In this document: piece after piece, positions 38,368 to 53,248 of the stretch
How the letters are laid out: every line of letters starts with the position of its first letter
How positions within the stretch are numbered: position 1 is the first letter of the stretch
DNA from: Octopus vulgaris
Lineage: Eukaryota
DNA length: 64,000 nt
Direction of reading: 5' to 3'
Assembly: GCA_951406725.2 (NCBI GenBank)
Contig: OX597815.1
Location: forward strand, 210,366,001-210,430,000
Notes under the pieces: generated by a model
What the model was told of the DNA's origin: nothing
What the model saw: only the letters and a program-made list of their open reading frames with translations
Databases searched by the model: none
Program-made: the position numbers and the translations under genes

Positions 38368-39497
38368 ATTACAACGTGCACTGAATACATCATCATTCAA
38401 CAACACAGGTGAAGCATATTTCAAAACTCTCTCATTTCATTTCCCCTCCCTCTGTTTTGTTTAGCATTTCGTGCCAAGTTACCCAGAGACAGTCAACATC
38501 CTTTCTTGCTAATTATGAAATGGAAATAAAATGCGTTTAATAGTTGAAACTAGGCAATTATTGTTTGTTGCCATTATTTCGTAATGATTTTTCTGAAATC
38601 GATAATTTGTAATTTTGAAAATATACATAAAAATTGATAAAAGAGTAATATAAAGCCTATAGTTTTGCAAGGAATAAATTTTTTTATGGCTGAAGAAGGA
38701 GCCTGATATTCGCCTACTCTAAGGAGTTTTATTATAGAAACACAGTTACGTTCTGCCTCATTAGAGAAATAAATAAATGATTTATAATAAGGGGAAGCGT
38801 AATCCTATATCCTCATAACCAGAAGGATTGAATAATCATAAAGAGATTAACATGTGATGCTTGTGGACATATTTATTTCTCAGATTTATAAAGTGAAATA
38901 AAAGGAAATTCCTCTGGAGAATAGCTAGAATGTCATAAACGAGAAGGATAAAATCTAATGGACATGTTAACCGACAGGCATGTCATCTACGTAATGGTTT
39001 GAAAATGAACTTGCAGCATTTTTAGCGAGATGACTAATGAGCTAATCCATGCATGGAAGGTATGTCTAAAGCCTTCTCATTTAGAAATCAGCGGCAGACT
39101 AGCTACTATAATTCTGGACACATTATCAGCGTTAATATTTTATAAGCGTTCATTGAAGATGACACGCATACATTTTCATGGAATTATGGTTGCTGTCTTG
39201 TTTACAAACAACCTCTTATATATATTAACTTATCTATTGCGAGAGGGGAAAATTAAGAACTTTTGAAGCATATATATTTCATGCGTTCACTACTACAGTG
39301 AAATTAATTGTTGCCTTAGTTTATCCTCAAAAATCTTAATCATCATTATCGTCATAGTCGTTGTCTCTGTTATAATTCTGATTATTCCCCCGTCTCCTCA
39401 TTATTATTATTTTTCAACAACAACATTAGCTTCTCTATCGTTACATTGTCATTTTAGTTTGAAATTTCAGTGTTTCAGTGTTGTACAGATTTGCATG

Positions 39498-39809
39498 ATT
39501 TTTGTACCGAGCCATGCCTGGTTCATAAGAGCCGGTTTCCCGGTTTCCTTGGCGTATAGGTTCCCCACCTTGACGGAACGCGGGTCCGTCGAAGGTGAGC
39601 TGCAAGATGCAGGAGGAAAGAGTGAGAGAAAGTTGTGGCGAAAGAGTCAGTAGAAGTTCGCCATTAACCTTCTTCTGCCGGAGCCACGTGGAGCTTAGGT
39701 GTTTCGCTCATAAACACACACATCGCCCGGTCTGAAATTCAAACCCGCGATCCCTCGACCGCGAGTCCGCTGCTCTAGCCACTAGGCCATATGCCTCCAC
39801 AGAGTGGAG
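39498..39809 (-). mobile_element. tRNA SINE sharing the family-B head but with a different 3' half; 13-bp TSD
   Basis: TSD acagatttgcatg at 39485-39497 and 39810-39822. Head and gagtgagagaaagttgtgg block match family B; the tail does not. Confidence 0.85.
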
Positions 39810-40626
39810 ACAGATTTGCATGCAATTACTCAAGTAATAAATAACCATATACAAATAGTGATTTTTCAATGAAGTCAAATGAAATAGCTGTTTTGTGGTT
39901 GTTGCACTCCTCGCGTAACAATGGTGTTGTGGCAAGAGTCGAAACAATTACTCTCGCAAACACAAAGACGTTCGAAGCACTTCCCCTCCTCTCCTTCTTT
40001 CCTATTTATCCTGGTTCATTACCTACACATCAAAGTTTTCCTTCCACTGGATCTTTTATTCATGGAAACATAAACAATCCAAGTATACTGCAAACATGGC
40101 TCTGCAGACTGTGATGCTTTAAATCAACTAACCGGTAGGTGGTCTGCTATTTTATGAGGTTCCCATCGAGACAATACCTGTTTCATTTCTAGTCTATAAA
40201 TAACTGACTAAAATTATATCAACAAGATAAAAAAAACTTAAATAACCTTAGTGAATTCTTTTCTGTGTGCGTTGGAATGGCAGAGAAAATAGCTCAGAAA
40301 CGAAACAAGTCCATTGAATACATGAAAGGCATGCTATTCTATACTACTACCAATCAAAACTCTCGTTACCAGAATGTTTTTATATTTCTTCTTCTAACAT
40401 TCTCTCCTGGTATTTTTAAACAATCTCATATCTAAAATGTTTCAAAAAGCATACCCCAGAGAGGCAACAATTTCTGTTTTGTGCTACTAAATATTCTGCA
40501 CTAAGGCAGTGACTAATCATCTACTCTACAATGTGTGGCTCACCATAAAGTACTCACGTTATACAAGTAGAATAGAAAGCTATTGTTTATTGAAGGTACT
40601 GGTGCAATGAAATATTCTTTTGTACT

Positions 40627-40750
40627 CTAGGCATAAAGCCAGAAATTTTGGGATGAAGGGGCCAGTCAACTAGATTGGCTGCAGTGCACAACTGGTACTT
40701 AATTTATCGACCCCGAAAGGAGGAAAGGCAAAGTCAACCTCGGTGCAATT
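40627..40750 (-). mobile_element. Partial family C SINE
   Basis: ctggtacttaatttatcgaccccgaaagga.gaaaggcaaagtc matches the block at ~56011-56055. Confidence 0.75.
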
Positions 40751-41482
40751 AAATATTACAATCCAAGGTAAACATATATATTCGTTCTTTGTCTTTTCTA
40801 CTTGTATCTTAGTCATTATTTATGAATTAACAAGTTATTTACCACCTCTGCTAATGACAAGCTACTGTGTCAGTATCTTCACGCATTATTGCCCGACTGT
40901 GATAAAATATCAATAACGTGTTCAATTCTTTCAGTGCAGGAATCAAGTTGTCTCAAAACTCGTCACGGTTTCTTTTATTTTTTAAGTCTTCAAGAAAACG
41001 AAATTTAATCGTTTCAGTGAAGAAGGTACAGCGTTATGTCTTTCACAGTCCTACAAATAAGGTGGAGTATACACGATTAATTTTTCTTTTCACTTGTTCA
41101 AATTTAGCGGGCTTATGTTTTAAAATAACATTGATTGATGTCTGATAGAGTTCTATGCTTGTTAGATGTGGATGTAGTACTCAAATAGGACGTGAATAGG
41201 TTTAATAGTTGTTAACGGCAATTGCGCTGATGCTGCGGTGCTTCCTGTTTGAGTTGGGTGGTAATTGTCATGGATATCACTCCTTACCAAGCACCAGTTA
41301 TAGACATGTTAAATAACTTTGCATCGTATAACTATACCTATGAAAATATCAATAATCATTAAGATATAGTTCAAAATCTCACTAATATGCCGTAACTGAA
41401 ATATTCAAAATATATTAAAAAAATACTGACAAAATTCTTCTGGAAAATAATGGTTTATAAATCGAAATAAACAGGTTTAGAA

Positions 41483-41859
41483 TACTCTCTTTACAAGTTT
41501 ACTTTTTTATTTGTTTCAGTCATTTGACTGCGGTCATGCTGGAGCACTGCATTTAGTCGAGTAAATCGACCCCAGGATTTATTCTTTGTAAGCCTAGGAC
41601 TGATTCTATCGGTCTCTTTTGCTGAACCGCTAAGTTACGGGGACGTAAACACACCAAATTCCGTTGTCAAGCGATGTTGGGGGGGCAAACACAGACATAT
41701 ATACGACGGCTTCTTTGAGTTTCCGTCTACCAAATCCACTCACAAGGCTTTGGTCGGCCCGAGGCTATAGCAGAAGACAAGAAGACACTTGCCCAAGGTG
41801 CTTCGCAGTGGGACTGAACCCGAAACAATGTGGTTGGTTAGCAAGCTACTTACCACACA
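41483..41859 (-). mobile_element. CORE-type SINE (family A)
   Basis: Homologous to 9673-10113. Confidence 0.88.
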
Positions 41860-42504
41860 TGTCAATATTACTTTCTTTTTAATAAGAAAATTGGTTACAA
41901 TCCTTTAAAGATTCAGGAAACACAAGAGGCCGCATTGAATGCTTTAGGTATTCAAGTGGTTGACAGACAAAGGATTTAGTTGTTAACAGAAGTTATTAGA
42001 GGACAGAAAGTAAAATAATATGTGTATATAATATTACGGGGAAATGCCTTCAAGTAGTTCTTACTTATAGCACTAATATTAAACAAAGTCACGCAAGGGT
42101 TTCAACATAAGTTTTAGAACTTATTGACTAATTAAAGCAACATAAGAACAATATGAATCTAAAACATATAATACTGAAGCGACTTACAATGATAAAACTC
42201 CACAGCGATTATAGCTCACATAGGAATAATAAAAAGGCAATCAATAGGATTCTATTAAGACCAGTAGAAAAAAATGGAGGGGGAAGGCAGGAAAAAGCAC
42301 CAAAGAGAAAACATCACGATAAACCTGAGAACAAGAATTTCCCCTGAATATAGATGGAAAAAATAACTTAATCAATAAAAATGTAACGAGTTTCAGAGAC
42401 AAATGTCACTTGAAGCGGTAGAAAAGAAAGTGACGAAAGCGCCACTTCTGTTGATTAATGTCTATAGACTTTCGGAGGAAAATGAGCGCAGTAGTAGTCT
42501 TCGT

Positions 42505-42561
42505 GTACATATATATATACATATATACATACATACATGCATACATACATGTATACATACA

Positions 42562-42602
<41 letters not shown>

Positions 42603-42700
42603 ATGTATATACATATACATATATATATATATATATATAGACATGTATATACATATATATATATACATACATATATATATAGACATGTATATACATATAC

Positions 42701-42735
<35 letters not shown>

Positions 42736-42900
42736 ATATACATATATATATATATATATACATGTACATATCTATACATATGCATATATATACATATATA
42801 TATATACACAAACATTATATATATATACATACACATATATATACTTATATATGCTTATGTATATATAAGTGTATGTATGTATACATACACAAATACATGG

Positions 42901-42943
<43 letters not shown>

Positions 42944-42945
42944 AA
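42505..42945. repeat. Long degenerate (TA/CA)n microsatellite
   Basis: Direct inspection. Similar tracts at ~19.9k, 23.8-24.1k, 43.7-44.0k, 44.5k, 46.0k, 46.9k and 63.2k. Confidence 0.95.
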
Positions 42946-43690
42946 TATTCGATATACGTAAAATACATATTAAATATTGTCAACTTAGCAAAAGCTGTAT
43001 AATGACGCGCATATCCAGGCAAATGCTAAAGGAAAGCATTAATAAATGTCCAAAGAGAGTGTATGGTAGCGTAGATGCTACTGTGTAGTATCGCGGCGCA
43101 TTTGATGGGGTTTACCTTATGTTGAGGATGCACTGGTTGTTGCTATAGGTTAATATCTAGAGAAAAGTTGGATCATGCTAAAATACTCATCCTACCACTG
43201 ATTAGTCTAAAAATTGCGAAAACGCCAAACGCTTATGTCAATGGTGACAATGTCTCTGGAATGGATGAGAATGTCGAATTACAGCTATAACGTTCAGAAA
43301 ATTGAGACCTACACTACTCCTAATGGTGATGCTCTTGCAGATGATACTAATGGTAATAATGATACTAATGACGATGACAATGGTGTTGACCACCACGTGA
43401 CAATGATGGTGGTAACGAGGATTAAAAGGGAAAAACATAGAAAATAAGCCAAAATCACCAGCATATTTTAGTGAATCTGCTAACCAACAAATAAGTTTCC
43501 CTCGTTTTGTTTCATAACAGAAGTAAACGTATCTAATGCCCATTTGTGAACGGTTGGAAATAATCCGCTTGCAGCTTGATAATGTGTCCTAACAGTAACG
43601 ACAATACAAGGCACAATACTGTCAACAAGAATAATCAATATTTAACACAAGTCAAGGTGCTACACCACACAGTATTATATTACATTCGTG

Positions 43691-43732
<42 letters not shown>

Positions 43733-43801
43733 CCATATATAAATATATATATATTCACATATACGTATGTTGTCATTGATGTAAGTATATAAGTACATAT
43801 A

Positions 43802-43855
<54 letters not shown>

Positions 43856-44518
43856 AATGCCTGTGTATCTATAAATATGTGTGTGCACACACACATACAT
43901 ATATATATATATAAATATGTACCGTATATATATGCGTTTGTGTATAAATGGCTTATACAGATACATGTAACTATACAAACATATAAGCTTATATATAAAT
44001 ATATACACGCTCAAACACATATATAAATATAGGTATATACGTGTTTATGTTCCGGATACAACCAAGCCTATTCATATAAATCCTATATATAAATATATAA
44101 TGATTCTCTAACTCATCTACATATGCTGGAGTTACACACGCAAATCTCATCCTCAAAAACACCACCAAAACGAAAAAAAAAAAAAGAAACTGAACCAGAG
44201 ATAAATCCTCCAACATTAACATTATCAGCTCGAAAAGCAAGAATATTAACGTCATGATCACGAAAGTTAGTAGACAGAAAGAAAAATGAAATATCTATTA
44301 ATGTGCTACTACCACCAAATCAGCAGAAGCAACGATAGCAGCAAATTGTAACAACTTCAGCATTTACAAAAACAACGACAACTACGACGGTGGTCAAATC
44401 AGAAACATCACGAATGGCATCAACAGAAAGCTTAACATTAAACCCTGTAATTATTTTACTTCATATATTCACATATTTATGTATGTCAGCTTATAAGTAC
44501 GTCTGTATGCAGTTAAGC

Positions 44519-44553
<35 letters not shown>

Positions 44554-44585
44554 TATATACATACATACATACAATATATATATGT

Positions 44586-44655
<70 letters not shown>

Positions 44656-45209
44656 ATCAGTCTATATTTGCGTTTGTGTAACATAGTGGTTTATGAGAGT
44701 ATAAACTAGCAAATATATATAAACAGAAAGCAGAAAATACTGACTGTGAACATGAATCACGATGCGGAGACAGTTTGAGTTTATGAAAGCCATTTACTAA
44801 TAAGTCCTAGATTATAATGCGCCCATCAAATAATCAGTAATGCTCAAAATAATAACCTAGTTTTTTCTTTCGTAGAAGCTTCAACGTTTAATACATTTTT
44901 GTTGTCATATACATGCACATGCACGTGCTTCCGATCATACGTCCACAATATCCACAAATAAAAAGAGCTGTAGTTATAATAGTAATAACAACAACAACAA
45001 CAACAACAATAAAAATAATGGTGGTACCAATGGTACTCGTTCAGAACTCAACTACGAACACGGCTCAAAGCGATTGTTACACATGTAGACAGAAAACACA
45101 TACAAAAGTCATCATGCTTGGAAGTGCAAGAGTTCTCTGCAGATTCCTTGTTGCATAATCAGTAATCAAGTGTCGCCTTAGTCTGCAGGCTGGGGACAAA
45201 GTAAAATCC

Positions 45210-45750
45210 CAACAATGCTGGAAAATCAGAGGACTCAAATCAGAGACGAAGACTCAAATCAGGTTTTAATTGCAGCACAAGATCAAAACCTTCCCACCAG
45301 AAACCACTAGAAATACATAATGAGGTAAATTTCAAGTAACTGCAGAACACGTGGTGATGAGGAAGAAACAATAAACCATATAGTCTCTAGCTTCCCAATC
45401 CTGGCTAAGAAAGAATATATCCTCAGACATAACAGAGTTGGGACCTATATACACTGGAATGACAACAGAAAAGAAATGGTATAGGCCCATCCCAGAAAAA
45501 TCTCAGAAAATGACAAAGCAACCATACCCTGGGATATGCCAATACACACATATACAGAAATTAAGACAAATAGACCGGATATAGTTGTCAGAGACCATTA
45601 ACAAAACACATGCCTTCTAATCGATGTAGCAATACAAACAGATGGCAATGTATCTCTAAAAGAAGTTGAGAATCATACAAAATACAAAGATCTGGAGGCG
45701 GAGATAACCGGAGTGAGGATCCTAAAGATAGAAACAACCCTTATTATATA
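45210..45750 (+). mobile_element. Decayed 3' part of an R4/Dong-like element related to but distinct from 3241-7038
   Basis: Relics GLKSET, LIAAQDQNLPTRN, EETINHIVS, RHNRVG.YIHW, NRPDIVV, CLLIDV and KYKDLE. Confidence 0.82.
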
Positions 45751-45961
45751 GCTCACGGTTAGCAACTTGAATTGCTATGAATAGATCTTCGGCGAATTAA
45801 CTTGGGAATCCTTTATGACAATGTAACAGTCATGTGAGTAAGATATTTTCGGCCTGATGAGTAGCTAATTGAGCACCCATCGATGAGTAATTATTTCATC
45901 AGAGGATTTGCAAGCAAGAAAAAATATGTCACCTGACCTTTACGTGCTTAACTACCTCAAC

Positions 45962-46007
<46 letters not shown>

Positions 46008-46008
46008 A

Positions 46009-46043
<35 letters not shown>

Positions 46044-46113
46044 ATACGTATGTATATATATATATATGTATGTATGTATATATGTATATATATATATGTA
46101 CACCCCACCACTT

Positions 46114-46153
<40 letters not shown>

Positions 46154-46940
46154 TATGCTTAATTTAGTATTTATTATATGTCCAATTGAGAATATCATAA
46201 CTATAACTTATAAAGGGGACAGCTAGAGTGTTGTTACCTATAATCTTGTATTTCGCATTGAGCACTTCTTTAAGTAATAATCTAACTCATCAATAGTATT
46301 CCTTCCTCATGAGCTTCGGGTAAGCATCTGTTTCATTTGTACATTAGATATTTAAATAACTATATAGAAACCCGCATGTAAAAAAATAAAGTATGTTGAT
46401 GAATAATGGCTTTCGTAGACTAAATATATACTCGCATGTGTATGTGTGTGGGTACCATCATCACACGATATGAACCATTTACCTAAAATATAATTTTCCT
46501 TGTCAGCCGAAAGCATTCTTATGGCCGACTGTTTGACGATACAGACTTGAAATTTGGCAATGAAATTTCTTATACAAGTCTTGAGTTCATGGTTAGAATC
46601 TCCGTAGATTTGAGACAGATGTGATCAAATGGAGTTATTGAATATTTTCGCCGAAGTCAATAAGTTTTAGAGTGTTGGTTTTACTGTTATTCTTAACCGG
46701 CATGATCATGATCATCGAAGCGAGAACTTGCGTGGTGAGAAATACATTTATGTTATAATTTTGTCTGAATGATGGTAACTTGTTTATCTTGTTATATCAA
46801 AGAAACTAACCTGTTTTCTGCAAAATTATTAAAAATATATTCAAGCACACATTTTATTGGATGTTTCTTTACACCTTTGATGTTTACGGCGCCATGTATA
46901 TATGTATATATATATATATATTCATATATATATGTATACG

Positions 46941-47007
<67 letters not shown>

Positions 47008-47024
47008 GTATGTATGTATGTATG

Positions 47025-47059
<35 letters not shown>

Positions 47060-48174
47060 AAAAGTTATTTTGAGTGTATTCTTTAAAAAATCTCACCAAC
47101 TGAACAAGACAATGTCTCCAGTCAAGAAACGAGATGTTTTGACTGAACTATGGACATCATCATATAGGAAGTCTTATATGTTTGTGTGTATGAATGTAAG
47201 CGTTTCTGTGTATGTGTATATGCACGTACTTCACACATTCGTGCGTATGCTGGTGTATACTTAATTGTTTGTGTTTAGCAATACACTTACACTCGTCATT
47301 GCAAGTACAGATCACTATATTTTGATTTATGTATGAGTACATATACATATGTTTACGCGTTTATGTATTTCGGAATTTATTTACATTAATGTAAAACATT
47401 GTATATATGACTTACTATGGTATTTTCTTAATTACATCTGCTCTTCCTGATTTTTATACACCATTCCATCTACAATGGGTTTAATCAGTTAGGTATATAA
47501 GCAAATCACCTGATACCTGAATATAAATCTGGCTGTAGTCCCGGGCATTAGATCTGCAGATTTCTCGTGAGTTTGGCAGAGTTACTTTCTTTACCTTGTA
47601 TCTGAAATTAAAGCGACGTCTGCTGGAGAACTGATTTATACTACTTTGTACACTTATTGGTACTTCTACTCGGTCATTATACCTGGGTTGATGCATATTC
47701 AGCTTTCAGCGATTTTCACAAGAACATTCCAGAAATATTCAATCATAATTTGGGGCAATAAGGCTACATCGAATGTTCAGGATGAAAATTCGCATGGATT
47801 GTATTTTATACTTTTTTGGCCACGTCATCATGTCTCAAAACATAGTAACAGAATTACATTTTCAGACAACTGATTATGATGCAAGCTACATTTCTCGCTT
47901 AATGCCGCAGAACCTTCATCACTTGTTATCTGTGTATTTTCTCTGCACCTCTGTCCTTTTGGCGTGTAATTTATTTTGTTGTTCCTGGATTTGGATAGCA
48001 AAAGATACTCTTCCATATGACAACTATTTTGCCGTTTATTGTTCGAAAACTGAACAATGACTCATTCTTACAACATAACTATACATGGACATGGGAGGAG
48101 TACTTAATCTAAAAGCACGTTATGCAAATTTTCTTAGTGTGCTCCCACGGTCGATAATCAAGGAATGCGTTCAG

Positions 48175-50464
48175 ACCTCTCAGAGGTGTACTTTCAAATC
48201 CAGGTAGAGGAAGATTACACATAACTACAAACAATCAATACGCATCGTGGATTGTACAAGTCCAAACGACTACCGTTTGGAGTAAAAGTGGCACCCGCCA
48301 TATTCCAACAAATAATGCATGCAACGTTAAGTGGTTGCAATTTCACCGTCGCATACTTCGATGACAGTTTGATAAGGAGCGAGTCTTGGATGCTACATGT
48401 CGAACACATAATGAAAGTATTCGAGAGAATAAGTGAATGCGGGATAAAACTGACAGAAGAAGAATGGGAATTTTTGAAGGAAAAAAATGAAATACCTAGG
48501 TCAAGTAATCGACGAAAGTGGATGCAGACCGAACCCGACAATCGCGACGGTAATACGAAATATGCCCCCCCCTCCGTCGAACGTAACAATGCTTCCTAGG
48601 CTTCGTAAAAGATTACCAAGTATACATCCCAAATATACATATGGTAAAGGCACCACTTGAGGAATTATTAAAAAGAAAATGCCAAATGTGTTTGGACTGA
48701 GAAATGCCCGAAAGCATTTAATGAGTTAAAAGATGTGTTGACTTCAGACTTGTGTCTTACGCATTTCGACCCAAAGACTAGCTACAAATGCTAGCGATAG
48801 GAGCCGTGCTTCTACACAAGGGTAACGATGGCAGGAGAAAGGCCATAGACCACACATCAAGGACATTACTGCCGGCGGAAAAGAGCTACAGCCAGGTTGA
48901 AAAAGTGGTGTTGGCTATATTGTTTTGTTTTTTTTTGGCGTGCAAACGTTACACAGGTTCATTCACGGCCGATGTTTTTGGTTGCAAATGGACCATAGAC
49001 CTCTAATAAAGATATACGGATCCAAGAAAGGAATCCTGACACATACGGCAAACAGACTGCAACGGTGGAGTACTATTCTATTAAACTACGATTATAGAAT
49101 GGACTATATCTGTCATCAAAAAAGTTGAGGCATGCCAGTGGTCTGTCTAGTTTAATTACGACAAATAACAAACTACTGGAGGACACCGTAATAGCAGCCC
49201 TAAGGGCGGAAGTGGAAACAAAAAAAGTTATGCAGAACATCGTGTGTGATCTATCAGTAACTTTGGAAGAAATAAAAAGAAATGCAAAAAATGACAAATT
49301 TATTAATGAGACAAAAAGAAAACTGTGGTCGACAAAAGGAAATAAAGAAAGGTCTGATGCAAAGAATCGCCAAGGTGTGAGCGTGTACTCTGTATGTGAT
49401 GGTGTACTAATGCACGCTCGGAGGGTAGTCATACCACAAACATTACAGAAGAGAACGCTAAAAGAGTTCCATGTGGAACAACCAAGCATTTTTAGAATGA
49501 AAGCGCTGATGCGAAGTTTCGTATACTGGCGAAGCATGGAAAAGGAAGTTGAAAACCTGGTAAAAGGTTGCAGTGTAGATACACTGACAGCGAAACTACC
49601 AACTAAAAAATGTGAACTTAGGCCTGAAGTGAAAATACCAAGGTTCCGGTTGCATATTAATTTTGCAGGCCCGGTAAATGGATTTTCTTGCGTAATAGTA
49701 GTGGGCAGCTACACAAAATGGCCTGAGGTCGAGAAGTGTAAATGACTAACCTCATATACGGTAATAAACTTTTCTTACACGAGCCGTTTGCAAGATTTGG
49801 TGTACCGGATATAGTAAACGGAACACAGTTTGTATCCTGTGAGTTGAGAAGATACTGTGAGATTTTCACGTTAGATCATAAAACCATAGCACTGTACAAT
49901 CCTAGATCCAATGGAAGGACCGAACGGTTTGTAGACAGCTTTAAGAGAGCTTTAGAGAAAACTAATAAAGTAGCCATTGTTGATGTCTCGATCCAACAAT
50001 TCTTCAAGGCATACAGGGTAACTCCGAATCCAAATGCGCCAGAAGGAAGTCCACTTGCAGAATTAATGTTTGCCAGAAAATTTAAGTCAGTATTTGATAA
50101 ACTGTTAATAGGGAAGGAAAAAATACGTGCTAGTAAAGACATGCCAGTTTTTTTTAGAATCGGTGATAAGGTATATGTAAGAATGGACAAAAATGGCAAG
50201 CAATACTGGGAAGAAGGAGAAATTGTAACATACATAAGAAGAATGAGGTATGATATAAGAAGTAGAAAATGGAATGCAAAGGAGACATAGAAATCAGCTT
50301 AAGGAAAGAGTCATGGTAAAGGAACCAACAAGAGTAGAAATACTGATGAATTGGCTATATGACACTTTACAAGTCCCAACACTGTTACAAGAAGTGGAAA
50401 CCACACGTACAAAGAAAAGGAAGAACACTGAATTCCTAAAAGTAGATCCTAAGAAAGAAAGGAT

Positions 50465-50470
<6 letters not shown>
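48175..50470 (+). pseudogene. Ty3/Gypsy pol relic (RT-RNaseH-integrase), 5'-truncated and frameshifted
   Basis: RT: DLSEVYFQI..TINTHRGLYK, RLPFGVKVAPAIFQ, YFDD. RNase H: AEKSYSQVEK, DHRPL, ANRLQRW. Integrase: RMKALMRSFVYW, HINFAGP, NGTQF, PRSNGRTERFV. Confidence 0.9.
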
Positions 50471-50505
<35 letters not shown>

Positions 50506-50560
50506 GAGGAGGTGGGGTGAATAAAAAATTGAAAATAATTAAAATAATTAAAAGGGGAGA

Positions 50561-50845
50561 TGTATAGTGAAACTGGATACCCCTTCCGGTCAAAAGAAGA
50601 AGGACGGCCATTATAAATAGAGCAGTAGCCGGTCGTCAAGAGAGGGTGGAGAGTCGAAGAGTTGAGAGTCGACAGTTCTAGTCGGTCATGTGGAGCTATC
50701 AGCGATAGTAAGGCAGAAGAAGTTAGTGTATTACTATTCCAATACAAAGTGATACAACGGTATCCGATGTCTAGTAACTATTGTGGCTACTATCGTAAAA
50801 CATCAACTACAGTACAACGGCAGTCACACATCACACTTTACAACA
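50561..50845 (+). mobile_element. 3' LTR of the Gypsy element
   Basis: Polypurine tract aaaggggaga (50551-50560) immediately followed by TGT; TATA-like ttataaatag. End at ...acaaca approximate. Confidence 0.7.
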
Positions 50846-52829
50846 GTCCCTAATGATAAGGTGTTTATAAACGTGTGTCGAGAAGACAGTCCCTAGTAAA
50901 TTTTCGGTTTCAATACTTCCTGATGCTTTTCGTATTATGAATTTTGTTTTCTATCACAAATTAAAGAGTAATACTGACCGAAGTAATCCTAATATTCGTG
51001 CATAAGCTACAATGACATTTTTTACATACTGAGCCATTTATCTCGGAATTCTAAATATTCCTTTGCAGCAACTCTCTTCTTCCTTAGTGTTAGATTTTAA
51101 ATTTCGCATCAAAGCGATTATTTTGTAGACAGTTTCTTTTATTATCTCAGACATCGCGCAAAGATTGGTGGTTTTCGTATATGGCAGCAATGGCTTTAAA
51201 AACCTTCTCCTAAGATACCATAGTTCAACAGGATATGTAACATGGCCTTTCTACTGCTATTATTACTATCAGCAGCTTCACGTATCTCAGATCTATGTTA
51301 TTAAGAGTAATAAATAATTTCTTACACGCGATGGACACGACAGGAAAGCTTGTAACAAGCTTCAAACCATTTGACATTAAAGGGTTTCCAAGTCTACAGT
51401 TCAGGTAATGAAGTATTCCCCTGAAGACGACATTTGAGGATCCTTGTCAATAATACCGGAAACTATCTCTGAAGAAGGAACTTTACGACGTGCCAGGCTT
51501 CTAATAAAGGCTAAAAACATCACAAAATCATACGAAGACATTCCACCCATCTCAGCTATTATTGTTCAACACAGAGAAGGTTTTGTTGGTCATTGGTATA
51601 ATGATGAACAACAGACCATAAAAACTTATATTACATTTTGGAGACATCCTCATTCTGGTAGAAGAGAAAAGCAATTCATCTACATTTTTGTTATTAGTAG
51701 AGACACAACAGGAAACTCAGGGACAAGCAAAACTAATGAAAACACAGATTTTTAGTGTAGCGTTGTACGTGAATTCTCGGTTGCGTCACTGGAACAAGAA
51801 TATATCATTGTAGGAAGAACGTGACACAACACAAGCAAATTGGCTTAATTTACTTAATAGAAAACTAGAGAAAGTTTGTCTCAATAAGCTAATGTCATAT
51901 CCTGAGTATTAAAAAAGTTATGTTGTTGTTTTTCACGCAGTATGAACATCAAGCAAATTGACAGCAAATATTTACTCACTCGGGCTTTTAAACCAACAAC
52001 CTTTTGCATTTAAAGTGAACAAATAAATATAATTAAAGTAAAACTTTTAGTATCACTAATATGCTTCAAAGTGTTTCAAGCTCAACTCCCCAAATTACAG
52101 CTTTCTCTCTATAATCCCTCCTTATTTCAAACACTCCTCTTATGAATACACTTATACTTCTCTCTTTCCCCACAATAATTCTAAAGACTTTAGTTCCTTT
52201 TAATGCGTTTTTAATTTTTTATTTTATTTTCTAATGTGTCCTTCCCCTCCGTTAATACCACTCCCCATCTCTCCTCGCGTAGTATTAACACCTACCTTAC
52301 AATTTCGTTCTCTGTTTAAAAAGCATAACATAAAACGCTTCATTTATCCCGTTCTCAATATTTCACATAGTAAAAAGCAAAGATCAATTTATAAGAAGAC
52401 AATAAAAACTTTGTTCAATATTTCTAGTAATTTTTGAGATTTGGTAGAAAAGCTGATGTTGTTATAAATATTATTTAGAGGAAATAATTTTTTCTCAATC
52501 TCCACAGCGACTATTAAGCTCAGCTGAAATATCCCACTATAAAATGTCCCTTTTCTAAAGGAGCAAAAGGAGTCAATATGTTGAAAAGGAACGTGTTAGC
52601 CTGGTCGTGACGTAATCAACTTTTGCATTTATATTTGAACCAGACAATATACAATATCAAACTACTCTACGACTAGTTTGTCCCATTTAATCCAGCATTC
52701 AAAAAATGTAAGGATACGTTATTTTGTCAAGGGATCTCACCACAAATCATTTAGAGGGCTCTAAATATTTCAATATGGATGTATGCAAGTATATATATAT
52801 ATATATATATATAAATATATATTTATATA

Positions 52830-53248
52830 GTGATGCATATATGCCATTTGAATATGGCTAACCCATAAGGGTGGATGCTACTGTAGGATGTAGCCCCAGG
52901 AAGACACCTCCTCCGCTGGCTATAGACACACTATCTGTGTCCTGTCAGTATTTGTGAAGGGGAGTCATCCTCCCCGTCTTCAACACATGATACACACGTA
53001 CCCGAGTCTATAGCCAGCGGGAGGAGGTGTCTTCCTGGGGCTACAAACTACAGTAGCATCCACCCTTAGGGGTTAGCCATATTCAAATGGCATATATGCA
53101 TCACGTTGTGTTACCGCTACTGTTTATAACTCGCTCTGAGATTTATCATTGTTTGATTTCACTTTTTCAATATCAGTGTCAAATCGACACTGGAAAAAGT
53201 ATATGTATTTGTGAAGGGATCTGACTTCTCGTCGACAACCATGATTGT
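52830..53248 (+). repeat. Left part of the hammerhead-containing unit: inverted copy (52830-53007), direct copy (53006-53153), unique part and TSD
   Basis: 52830-53007 is the reverse complement of 58849-59027, and 53006-53153 matches 58929-59076. Confidence 0.92.

Noticed and set aside
14367-47264. Numerous ORFs rich in YI/IY/CV/HT repeats
   Set aside because: Translations of (TA)n, (TG)n and (CA)n microsatellites; no coding signal.
47646-48060. Short hydrophobic ORFs as possible host exons
   Set aside because: No recognisable domain or supportable splice structure.
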